From: Trichoplax sp. H2
Lineage: Eukaryota
DNA: 64,000 bases
Direction of reading: 5' to 3'
NCBI GenBank assembly: GCA_003344405.1
Contig: NOWV01000014.1
Span: 434,001 to 498,000, forward strand
Numbering within the stretch: the stretch's first letter is position 1; every line of letters begins with the position of its first letter. Positions 52,427 to 64,000 of this stretch are shown here, one piece after another. The notes below the pieces were generated by a model. The model was not told the DNA's origin and searched no databases. It worked only from the letters and a program-made list of their open reading frames with translations. The position numbers and the translations under genes are program-made.

Positions 52427-55097
52427 ATGGGAAAGGGTGATAAAGGTAAGCAAGGTTATTATTGAGTTCATGCATCGATCGTGGAAAATTTTCTATATGT
52501 CATTTCATCGGCTTGCATTTTCTCCTGCTGGATCATGAATGCTGATCAGAAATGGTTCAATTTAGTTAGTTGTTTTATTTTACTATTTCATTCTGCAGTA
52601 GTAAATGACAGTAATGGTTCTACAACGTATTCCCGTGTATTCAATCAATACAAGTGAAATACTGTATTAGAATTGATGGAGAATCTGGACTAGGATATAC
52701 GCGTACTATGGCCCTTTGATCTGTTGATACCAGTAGTAGTATTCTTGGTCAATGTCGGTTATTCCTGTAGTTTAAATTGATATCACCAAAGTATAGTAAC
52801 ACTTCGATACGTCAATGATACAACTGGGACACGGCATACTTTTTAAACTCATCAATCTAGTCTTCGTAAACTGCAATGGAATCCACTAACGAGAGCGTTT
52901 GATATTTTACAGTATACTGTTATTGAAACTGAGTAGTAGTATAAAGTACGACAGAGATGATTGAATGCCATCAATCCTCATCGTTAGCTTGTGAAGTCAG
53001 CACGATATCAGGCTTGATATGAGCTGTAAATCATGCTCCTTGGCAGTTTTTTGAACTTACTGTAATTGATAGATACTTTTATGTTAGAACTACAGTAGGA
53101 TAGTGACTACAACTACTTTATGGGCGTCTTATTGCATGTTATTCGTCTATATGAAAATAGCTGTTAATCAAACTCGCATGACGATGATATTGTTGGCACT
53201 GATATAACATTGAAGCAGTAAAAGCCAAATTCCCCTTGTGAATGTTTGTCCGTGTGTTGATGTTGATCTTTTGCGATACTTTTGATACAGTTAAGAATTA
53301 ACATATTACACTAGGACAGTACATTCGCGATTTGGACGATGCATTTTGGTATACGCCTCCAAAATAAGACAGCCACCTAGTCATTTTCATCCTCTCATAT
53401 ACCGTAGACTTGCTGTTTACTTAAGTATAGTAGATATTCAGTACTGTACATTTCTATTCCATTTATCGCAAGCGATAAAGATGCGTAGCCAAAAAAATAA
53501 TTGAATCTTACGCCCGTGGGTAGACACTACTATTCGCTGGTTAACACACACAGGGAATGAACCTTACCGTATACAGGTCTTTTGCATTCGGAGCTAATCA
53601 TAAATTGTTATTTTTCACAGTTGAAATAACGTCGTTGTACAGTACAGTGGACGCCTCTTAGCCTTACCTACCTTTTAGGATCAGTGTAATAGTCAATTGA
53701 CTAGTTATGTAAATTTTAAATGGTATTGATTGCTGGATATAGAGAAATTACTCATTTATTTTACATATCAATACCTAGCAAGATAATACTATACTTTATT
53801 ATATGCTCAATTCCAGTATTTTCATACTTTATTTGAGAAGTGCCTTTATGATATATTTTAATAAGACTCTATACTTTTGCTTATATCAATACAAAATGTT
53901 ATGTAGTATACTGTCGATTTCAAGCAATACTAAAGTAGACAGGACTCGTGACTGCAGTTTTTATTGATGTGATATCTTTGTATTTAACTTTATGACAAAG
54001 ATAAGAAATCGGGTGGTTATCCCAAGCAAGCAAGTTATCCTACCCAGCAGTATACCACTGCGCAACAGCATCCGCCTCAGCAATTTGCTCCTCAACCAGG
54101 TCAAGTACCATATAGCGCTCCACCGCCTGCTTATAATGCAGCACCGGGCTATGGTCCACCTCAAGCAGTACCTCAACAAGTTAGTAACGAAATTTGAAAG
54201 GATAAAACAGCACTTTAAACTACGACGTGATGAAAATAATACGAATGCCGTTATTAGTCGGATGTGTGTGATAGCATTTCCGGTTTCTATAGACTAAGAA
54301 TATTATTATCTGTATTGACGCTAAATCTAAATATGAGTACAGGATCTTTAATAGACAAATATACAGCATAAATGTAAACAAGTTACAGTCAACTATATTT
54401 TTATTCGCTAGACGATTTATTCTGTCATCAGTAAACATGAAGTATTATCTTGAATGAAGTTAACTCAACAAAGTCACATATTTTATTATATTTTTTTTCA
54501 TTTTTGCACTACTACAGCAGTATTATCCAAATCCGAATATGAATGCACCTCCGCCAATGCATTATCAACAACCTGGGCAATATCAACAATTTGGCACTGC
54601 TAGTGTTGTTATGCCAATTCAGGAAGGAACTTTTGATGCTGGAGCGCGTTTCGATGGCAGAAGTGCTCCGGCAGTACCTGTAAGCTTATGCATGTTAACA
54701 TGTTATTTTATACTTTTGATGAAATGACAATTATAAAGATATTCACGTATGGTGCTACGATAATAATATTATATTATATAGTCTGGATATCAAGAGACAA
54801 ATTTAAAATTTGATATTATTACAGTGATACTTTTCGTGGATACCTTATAGTAAGATTACCATCGTAGCTTCAGAGCATAGTTGAACTGTGATACTGTATC
54901 AATGGTTATAGTGAGGTTAATTTTTATGCTGATCTTTTAATGATATCACATATTTTCTGTACGCTTAGCCTCCACCTCCTGGATGCGTGCCGAATCATGC
55001 TCAGCTAGCCGCATCAACTGGTGGGGCTGCTGTCGTAAGACAAAATCAATCAGGTTTCTTTACTGGTGGATCTAGTGGAGGTTATACATTCTTTTAA
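52427..55097 (+). CDS. DAZAP2: DAZ-associated protein 2-like proline-rich protein, 4 exons
   Basis: Exons 52427-52445, 54001-54179, 54518(or 54521)-54679 and 54969-55097. Motifs PPPAY, EGTFDAGARF, PPPPGCVPNHAQLAA and FFTGGSSGGYTFF*. Confidence 0.9.
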
Positions 55098-56455
55098 CTT
55101 CAGCGTTACTGTCTAGTGACAGGAAATGTTGTACAGTAGGATTGCAACTTTTGCAAACCATAATTAATCCTTACTACTGTGCTTGGATTTTACAGTCAAG
55201 ATAATGTTCTCCATTTTCCCATATTTCAGTGAAAAATTACTACTTTATAATTGAATTAATCCCGATAAGCATAAATTTTAAATTCTAATTTGTAGTTTAC
55301 AATGCTGCGGCAAAAAGGTCATAGATTACATCGATAGCGTAGACGATGTTTTTAAATTACAATTACCACTTTGTTGATAATGTAGTTTTATTTGTTCATA
55401 CTAATGGTTTAAATTATGAAAATGCTTTCTTCGCGTTACATATTTACGTTGACATCAAGTCAACACTGCTGATAATTCTATAGGATAAGAATAAACTTGT
55501 TGAGGTATAGCCCTGTGGTCAATTTAATGTGATAATGGTGAAGTTTTTCATCGCGCTTGTTATACTGTATAACTAGATGCTTCTCAAAGATTGCATGAGT
55601 TGTAAAAAATGGTTCGTGAAAAAGTTCTACCATATCCTAATGCCTACGCTATTCGCTTCGTGTTATACGTTAATAATACTTAGTCGGTACAGTAAGCTAC
55701 AATATTAATTATACACCGCAAATGAGTTATAGATTATAGATATTAAATTTAGCAAATTGGTTCCTTCCATAGCTGTAAAAGTTCCTTGATAAGTGTCATG
55801 CAGGAGACAGTGACATTTAATACGCGTAAAACTTGATAATACACAAGTATCATTCAGATAGTATTTTTATTCAAGTTAATTAGTTGGTCATATGTACTAC
55901 ACCAACATAGGCGAAATGGCTATGAGACGTAAAACATAGAATCAATAACTACGAATACTATTGTCTAATTCATCAGAACAAACTATTGCATCTAAAACCG
56001 AGTAGCATTTGATATCAGTTAGTGAAAATTAGGAAAAATTGACGAATTTGCTGACCATTAACATTTTGTAGTTATCAAAGAGAGTTAGTTGCCTGCTTTT
56101 AAGCTGTACAAATAAAATGGTCAGTATATTTTTAAATATCGCTTTCCTTAACATATTTACAGAACAAATAAGATGTCTCATGATATAGCACAAATTAGAA
56201 GATAAGACGATGAACAACAAGTAGATGGCAACGGTTGATCGAATTAAATTAAACATCAAACTTCATCACGAGAGATTAGAATGTTCTTTCATCGTGTTTT
56301 GTTCAGGATCCAGTGCTTTATTTGAATACGATAATATAAACTATGAAACTGGATGATGAAATATCCGTAATTTACTTTACCTTAAACAATATTGAAATTA
56401 AAAAGTGTTTTATTCAAGTATCACTGGTACACAGATAAAACTGTTCCACAGGAAA

Positions 56456-58573
56456 TTACGCCTTCGCGCCCGACTTTTGTGCTGCTAAATGTTGCTCAAT
56501 TTTGATTTGCATATGTTCTATTACAGCTAATCGATAAACAGCAATTTAATAGTCGTCAGTTATACATGACTTCAATCGTAACAGATGAGAACAATTGTAG
56601 CTAATATTACTAATTTACTAAACATCATCAATATTTCACCTTGTCTTAAATTAAATTTTTCCATGACAAGTTTCTGAAGTTTTTCAAGTTGCTCTTGAAC
56701 AAATTTCACTTTACGTTCAAAATATTCTATTCCTTCCTTGATATTCTGGATATAAATGAATACTAGTTACGTCAAGTTAAAATTGTCGTGAAAGTATTAA
56801 TTTTATCTGTGTATCGTATCAAAGTTATAATTTTTGGTGAACTATAAGATTTAAAAATAGATAACAATAACTGGCCACTGAAATAACAGTATGGCCATGG
56901 ACTAGAAAAAAGTTCATTCACCAATTTTGCGATATACCTTATCTGCAAAGTATCCCGTGCCAATATCAACAAGTAAACTGTGAGCGTTGTTTAGAACACC
57001 AGGGACATATAGCTGAGAGTGAAAGCATATATCAGGCCGGATACAATAAACTATTAAGTGAAATAGTCATTCTCCTTTATTAAGATTTTAACAACTTGTG
57101 ACTACTTGATTACAGTATTTACGAAAGTGCTTTTCGTTATGACTAATTGTAGATTGCATCACATTGAATGTGATTGCTGCATCAATCGGCTGAGAAGGAG
57201 CATTTCTATGCTTGTATATACGTACACTACGTATACATGCAGTAGTTGTGATCGTCTGGCTACCTTACTGTATTCCAGTTGGTTGAAATTTGATTGGATT
57301 GTAGCGTAGAAATAAACATGTACAATTTTCTACAATTAGAGTTGATTTCTAGTAATTCTTACCGAATCTGTCATTGGAACTAGAATTTCCTTGGCTAGAA
57401 TGATGGTCAATGCATAGGATTATAATGGTGCAACATTAAGAACAAATTATCATAAATAATCAACTTTCAAAATTTGTGATAGCTAGTAACCTTCATATTG
57501 ATCAACTGAAAGCTTCTTGACACATTCCGATGATTCTACAAACTTTTGTTGTACTAATTGTAGCTGATTGACTGATGATGTAAACATCTGCACTTCCTGA
57601 AATGGACCATGACAAGAGGTGATGAGTTAGTTAACGAATGTATATTCAATAAATTTAGGAGTTTGTATATCCTATTCAATGCAGTTCAGTACAAGTGCCA
57701 TTATATATGGTCAGCCGTGATTGACGATAAAGCAGACTACCATTGCTGCCTATGGATCAATGAGAAAGTAGCTGAAAGTTCGGCCTTCAAAAGGAAATTT
57801 TAAAATTTGTTAGTGTACTATTACTGTCAGCCTACTACAAATGAACATTTCAGGGGTTTATAAAGGAAGAGAAGAATAATGTACGACTACAATATATCGT
57901 ACATCACTGTAAGCTACAGTTGCTTGTCCAGGTAAGCACACAATATTTGTGTAAAATGGTTAGGAGCTATTGACAACTGGGCTCCCAAGCAGGAGTAGAA
58001 CTACAACTGACTGTTATTTTCCGATGTTGTACAGTTTATCTGTGTAGTAATTTTACTATATTAACTTGGCTATAGACCGGCTTTGTCCAATTATCTTACA
58101 ATTCTCTATCTTAATTTGTAGTTGGTCATAACCAAAGGGGGGAAAAAGTGTAGGATTGGATAGAAGTCCTAAGACGGTTATTGTACAGTAAGTCTTTCAG
58201 TCATTCGTGTAGAATGTAGAGCACCGTAGTTTTTGCTAGTTATGTTGTACGTTCAATCCTCATATGCTGGGATAAATCAGTATTTCAAAAAGGAGGATGT
58301 TATCCTATGCTTCCATCTATATGACGGATGAGTAGTGATGGATCTTATTAGGCTTCTTTCCATCCTACCTCCAATCCATGATTAGACCCGGAAAACAAGA
58401 TGTCTATTCAACCGCCGATAGCAAAACCTTGGCTACTGACGCTACAATTTAAATCATTCTGTATACAATCAAATCGTCATTTAACTTACCTCATCTAATT
58501 GCGATTTTAGTTGTTCTAATTGAGGAATCGGAAGTTGAGCTAAATCAATCGCCTTGGATTCTGCAGCCGCCAT
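56456..58573 (-). CDS. PFDN5: Prefoldin subunit 5 (alpha type), 6 exons
   Basis: Exons 58573-58490, 57596-57491, 57394-57363, 57012-56938, 56745-56640 and 56526-56456. Motifs IDLAQLPIPQLEQLKSQLDEE, EILVPMTDSLYVPG, LVDIGTGYFADK and YFERKV. Confidence 0.93.
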
Positions 58574-58839
58574 GCCTTTTTCTGCGTTTTTTCCTACCAC
58601 ACTCGTTGGTACAGTAGTAATAAAACGGACCAGCAGACTGATCGGACCCGATGAGTCCAGGCACAGTATCTGCCTATCCGGACGTCCGAGCACTGGTTTG
58701 GATTGGACTGAATACTCCTTTGGACGGACAGACATTTCCTCCACTTTAGCCCACAAATTGGGTCAAACGCCTCCATGATGACAGTAGTTTAGTATGCAGA
58801 CGGTCGATTGTGAATTGGTTGATTTTTTCGAAATGAAGT

Positions 58840-59740
58840 AGTATTACACTGTATTTCTTTGCCTGTTACTAAGATCTGCTTGAAAGCAGTCACTTTAGAT
58901 CATCAATGTCCTTCAAATGAATACGCCACGGAAGATCCATACTGAGTAGTTGGTTATTTCTCCTCATTTTCGGTCGCATCTCTTGTTCTACTGAGTACTG
59001 TACACTGTACAGCAGTATGGAAAGTCCGTCCATCCGAGGAGAGTGGCTGGTGTCCACTGTCCTGTCCAATCCAGGTATGGTCTACAGTTAGTCCTGTAGT
59101 CCTTGACCACATGGACAGTTGGACACCTGGACACTGAACCATTATACTGTACTGGATTTCTTTACCTGTTACTAAGATCTGCTTGAAAGCAGCCACTTTA
59201 GATCATCGATGTCCTTCAAATGAATACGACACGGAAGATTTATACTGCATTACTGAGTAGTTGGTTATTTTTCCTCATTTTCGGTCGCATCTCTTGTTCT
59301 ACTGAGTAGTGACAGTACAGCAGTATGGAAAGTCCGTCCATCCGAGGAGAGTGGCTGGTGTCCACTGTTCTGTCCAGTCCAGGTATGGTCTACAACTAGT
59401 CCTGTAGGCTGTAGTCCATGACCACATGGACACCCGGACACTGGACAGTGAACCATTATACAGTACTGTATTTCTTGACCTGTTATTAAGATCTGCTTGA
59501 AAGCAGTCACTTTAGATCATCAATGTTCTTCAAATGAATACGACACGGAAGATCTATACTGAGTAGTTGGTTGTTTTTCCTCATTTTCGGTCGCATCTCT
59601 TGTTCTACTGAGTACAGTACTGTATAGCAGTATGCAAAGTCCGTCCATCCGAGGAGAGTGTCTGGTGTCCACCGTTCTGTCCAGTCCATGTAGGCTGTAG
59701 TCCTTGACTACATGGACACCCGGACACTGGACACTGCCCC
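58840..59740. repeat. ~300-315 bp tandem triplication, high identity
   Basis: CAG(T/C)CACTTTAGATCATC at about 58888, 59190 and 59503. TCCTCATTTTCGGTCGCATCTCTTGTTCTACTGAGTA occurs three times. Confidence 0.92.
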
Positions 59741-59913
59741 TGCTTTGCGTCATTGCCTATTTCACAACGGTATATCTAGTTGTGCAGTATAGTATAAAAT
59801 AGGCATTAGGCAGTCGTACAGTAGTGAGTCAAGTAGAGAAATCGGGTAGCAGAATAGGAGTAGTGCTTATGTTGGATTGATTGGCAAATTGAAAGTAGAA
59901 TTTGGCCTTCAAA

Positions 59914-62900
59914 ATGAGTAATAACTATGATGACAACGATGTTACTTTTCGAATATGTGCTGTTTTACCGGCAAGTGGAACGGGATCAAGAATGGCCATG
60001 CAGATTCCTAAGCAGGTGCGATTGTGCAAGGCAATACAGTATTTAATGCAATCACTCATTCAATAGCATGGACTTTCTGATTGAATCAATCATCGGTTAT
60101 CCGATTATATAGGATTGTTTTTACATATTGAGTGGCTCTGTTAACTGTGGCAGATATTTGGTGCCAATAAAACAGGGCGATCTAGTTATGGGTAGTAATA
60201 TGGTGTGATTTAGGATAGAAATGAAGACGATTTGGATACTGGATAGATTGTACCAGAGCTGCAATATAGATTGATGAGACGCGCTTGAACAGTGTAAATA
60301 AATACAATGATTACACGCCGTTGACATTATTTCCAAAGTGTTAACCTCACCAATAGTGTTATCCAATGCAAAGCTACTATAGTACATGTCGTATTATTTT
60401 TGGGTTTGTTCCTTTCTTGTATTGGTCAATGATGTAGTCTAGCATTGACAACACGACACATCAGGAGTGGATATCGTAATGAAGTAAGGTCCGATTGAAT
60501 GACCAAATCAAATAGGCCGGTTTGGATGTTAATTTACACCTTTGTTTCCTGACATGATAACACCTGGTTTAATATCTAAAACCAATGGTACAAATAGGAA
60601 ACAAGATACTAAAGATGCCAATCTTTTCAACAATTCATGAATAAAATTAAAAATCAACTGGAGAAATTAATTTTGCCAACAATCAGGGTTAGCAAAGATG
60701 CCAATCTTGTCAACAATTCATGAATAAAAATAAAAATCAACTGGAGAAATTAATTTTGCCAACAATCAGGGTTAGCAAAGATGCCAATCTTTTCTACAAT
60801 TCATGAATAAAAATAAAAATCAACTGGAGAAATTAATTTTGCTAACAATCAGGGTTAGCTACAATCGTATCGTGCGATCTACTTCAAATAGGCTGTAGGA
60901 GAGACCGTATCGCCACTTCGAAGGATTGCTTTGAATGTTCTTTAGTATTACAAGGCAGCAATCAAGCCTGAAAATTATTCATTAAGAAAAAGAGTCAATC
61001 TTTCCAAAGGTTGATTAGTGAGAAGAAATGCCTTGGAGTAATTGATTTGGCTAACAATCAGGGTGAACTAGGATATTTATCGGCTGACATACTTCAATAG
61101 GGCATCGGTTTTGTCTCGTAGTTGCGCGTCCATCGTTGATAGCACCTACAGACTAGACTACAGTATCTTGACGATATTGAAAGGATTGATTTGAATGTTC
61201 TTTGCCCTCATAAAGCAGCAATCAAGCCAGATGATAATTGTTCGTTGTCGTAACGTCTCCATAAGATGATATCACCAATAATTACCATCATCAATCATGA
61301 CTAATTTTATATATACGAGTATACAACATATAGTACTGTAGTTGCTTAATCAATACCGGTAGGACGTCCCATTTACTATCCGACAAAAACGGGCATTCCA
61401 GTCCGTCTTAACAACGTTAGACTGCATTAGCTTTATCGTGTTTTAAAATATTTAGCAACTTACAGTGTAGACGTTATTTTACTACTAATGATATGTTGAA
61501 TACCAACAATGAAACTGATTGAAATTTTTGAATGCATATTTTATATTTTATCACTTTTATTTTATCCAATTTTAAAGGCGATAAATTACTATCTTTTCGA
61601 TACATTTTATTAAAAACATGACTGCTTTTTATATCTAATTTACAGTATTATGAAATCGCTGGCAAACCCTTGTTAATGTATACCGTGGAAGCATTCGACA
61701 AGTAAGTTATAATAACAGGATGGGAATTCCAGATCTTGAGATTTATTACAGTACACAAAGTACAGTAGAATAGCTGTTGTTATCCGTAACATTTATTGTT
61801 GTGTGATAGACTACCGGTATCTCTCTGATATAAATTGATATCGGTATCTTTGACAGGATATCTTGGATAGAGAAAGTGGTAATCGTTGTACCAGAAGATT
61901 ATGTAGAATACACGAAGCAGGTTGGTTATACTTCTATCTGTCGCCTTCGATCATGAAATTTGTAGGACTACTATTAGATAAGGATTGCACACGGATGAGA
62001 ACCTTATAGTTATTCATTAGGTTTCAATTGTAATAAAAATTTGGCCATGATTCTGAATATTTATAGCTAATTAAAACTCATAATATACGACGTGCTGTGG
62101 TAGCGACTGGCAGTCAGACTCGGCATAGATCTATTTATAATGGTTTAACGGCGTTAAAAATGAATGGATCAGATCCTCCTGATGTCGTAAGTAGAATATT
62201 GTTACAATAATTATTATTATGAATCAATTTTATTGTAAAAAAGACGTCAATTTTACTTCTATTACACGAGTACAGCAACATTCATGCACTTTACTATCAA
62301 GCCATCGTATCGGCTGTAATTGGCTAGCATTTGCATTTGTACTGTATATACTTCGCTTCAGAGACTACCGTGCAATAGTTAAAATGTTTTTTGGAGATGC
62401 GTGCGATTACAGATTATGGATTAAGAAGCTCATCAATTTATATATTATACACTGTACAACAATAAAGTATTTTATACAATCAGTCAAGAAAAGTAGAGGA
62501 AACATGGAAATTTTCTCAAATTGGAGTACAGTGTTATAATGCAGTATCGACGCAAAGTAATACATTTATAATTTATACCGCAGGTAATCATTCACGATGC
62601 TGTCCGTCCACTAGTTAACGAAGATATACTAAGAAGTGTCGCTATGGCAGCAATGATTTATGGAGTTAGTGACGAGCTATTCTAATATTCTTTTTGTAGT
62701 ATTGACCGTGTGGGTATTGAGTTTGTTAGATTTAAAAATCGTTCCTTTCTTACGCCACGTATTAGGCTGCTGGCTGCACTCGGCCATTGGTGTCAACGGT
62801 GATAAAGGCTAGTGAAGATAATATTTTAGATCATTCGTTGCAAAGGTACAAATTATAATTACATTTTTAAAAACAAATGAATTCAACTGTTCAATAGCAA

Positions 62901-64000
62901 GAGTCCATATTAAGAATGTACAGAGTGATTAATGTGTTAAAATAAATGTGGTAATACATATTGTGAACTGCCTTATTGTAGATCACAGTATCGTGCTAGT
63001 GAGACGCCTCAAGCTTTCCAATATGATGTTATTAAAGAAGCGTATGATAAGGTATTAGTGGCAAAAAATTGTTCAGATTTGACTACTTGATATTTCAACT
63101 TTCTCTACCAGATCACTAAAGTATATTTACTTATGGATGAAATATAAAATAGTGTACAGATTACGATTTCGATTACGGTACTGAATGTTTGCATTTGGCG
63201 AATAAATACACGGATTCGACGGTTAAGCTAGTTGATGGTCCTCCATCGCTATGGAAGGTAATTTGACCAATATTTTAATAACGTTGCAACTAAAAATGGA
63301 TTCTGAAAAATCAACAGATCTCTAATAGTTGATAAAATTGCCAACAGATTACTTATAAGAAAGACTTGTATGCATTTGAAGGAATAATTAAAGGTTTGTA
63401 GATTAACACTACTAGTGAATTTGGTAATAGCATCATTCAGTTTTATAATTAATAATTCCCAATTGTATTATGATGATTTAAGAATACCTTTATGAAATTG
63501 GTGTAATAATTGGCGAAAAAAGTGCGGTTTCATCGATTTGTGCATCTGCAAGCTGTTTAATAAATAAAGGCTTAAAGGTCAGCGATAGTTGAATTTATTT
63601 CTTTAATTTCGCACTTTAAAAATGTACATGGTTTCTTCCGTTTGGGTGGTAGGTTGCAATTATTGCTAACGGCTGTCATGATGACATACATGCATCTCTT
63701 TCGGAAGTTAGCGACAGATACTTGTATCAAGATATGGAATTGATGACGGTATTTTAATGAGAATTAATATATTAATTTAGTGTCGATTAAAATAATTGTC
63801 TAAACTGTATTACTTACAACTTTTTTCGAATGGGTATTATAAGGAAGAAAATATTCGTCAAGCATTTCAAAGTATCGAAGATTATTTTCAAAATAGAATT
63901 GATATCACTATAAATTGTATTGTAAGAGAATACAAGGAGGTCAGCGAGCATACTTGATATTATTAGCTTTTTGATTTAGGCTGAGTTTATGGTGTGTTAG
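59914..64000 (+). CDS. CRPPA: CDP-ribitol pyrophosphorylase ISPD/CRPPA (3' end outside window)
   Basis: Exons 59914-60015, 61646-61701, 61857-61920, 62067-62186, 62584-62664, 62766-62845, 62982-63051, 63153-63257, 63348-63393, 63483-63577, 63653-63748 and ~63844-63939. Motifs [52 protein letters not shown] and [12 protein letters not shown]. Confidence 0.92.
60611..60859. repeat. 83-bp tandem repeat x3 in ISPD intron 1
   Basis: AAAGATGCCAATC at 60611, 60694 and 60777, with nearly identical units. Confidence 0.9.

Noticed and set aside
51924..52538. ORFs of 83-154 aa rich in Y/C/T/V
   Set aside because: These are translations of the CAGTA low-complexity tract.
58574..59753. N-terminal extension of PFDN5 and repeated small ORFs
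   Set aside because: Prefoldin similarity starts at ATG 58573, and the other ORFs derive from the tandem repeat.
60120..60450. [12 protein letters not shown]-loop-like word in ISPD intron 1
   Set aside because: Not a true GKS/T motif and flanked by stops.

Overview
AT-rich eukaryotic animal DNA with short GT-AG introns and three 20-N gaps. The gene set and style suggest an early-branching metazoan such as the placozoan Trichoplax, which is an inference and not proven. 1-15.3 kb holds four SLC45-family sugar-transporter genes: one partial, two apparently intact and one frameshifted. The gaps there juxtapose alternative haplotypes that reveal polymorphic LTR-like insertions. 15.4-37.5 kb is gene-poor, with degenerate satellites, Helitron-like 3' ends, a MORN4-like gene and two intronless TSPAN13/31-like genes. 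37.6-64 kb is a dense block: DNAJB, C1orf131-like, a secreted PA-domain/PNGase-F-like enzyme, SDHAF3, DAZAP2, PFDN5 and ISPD/CRPPA (runs off the end). These are often in divergent pairs with tandem repeats and CAGTA-rich promoters. I found no tRNA, rRNA or CRISPR. I see no clear-cut new multi-gene system. The best leads are the PNGase-F-like enzyme, the SDR-like tail of ISPD, the SLC45 expansion, the polymorphic solo LTRs and conserved linkage with human chr7/chr12 genes. Exon boundaries were read by eye and family calls come from recalled motifs, not database searches.
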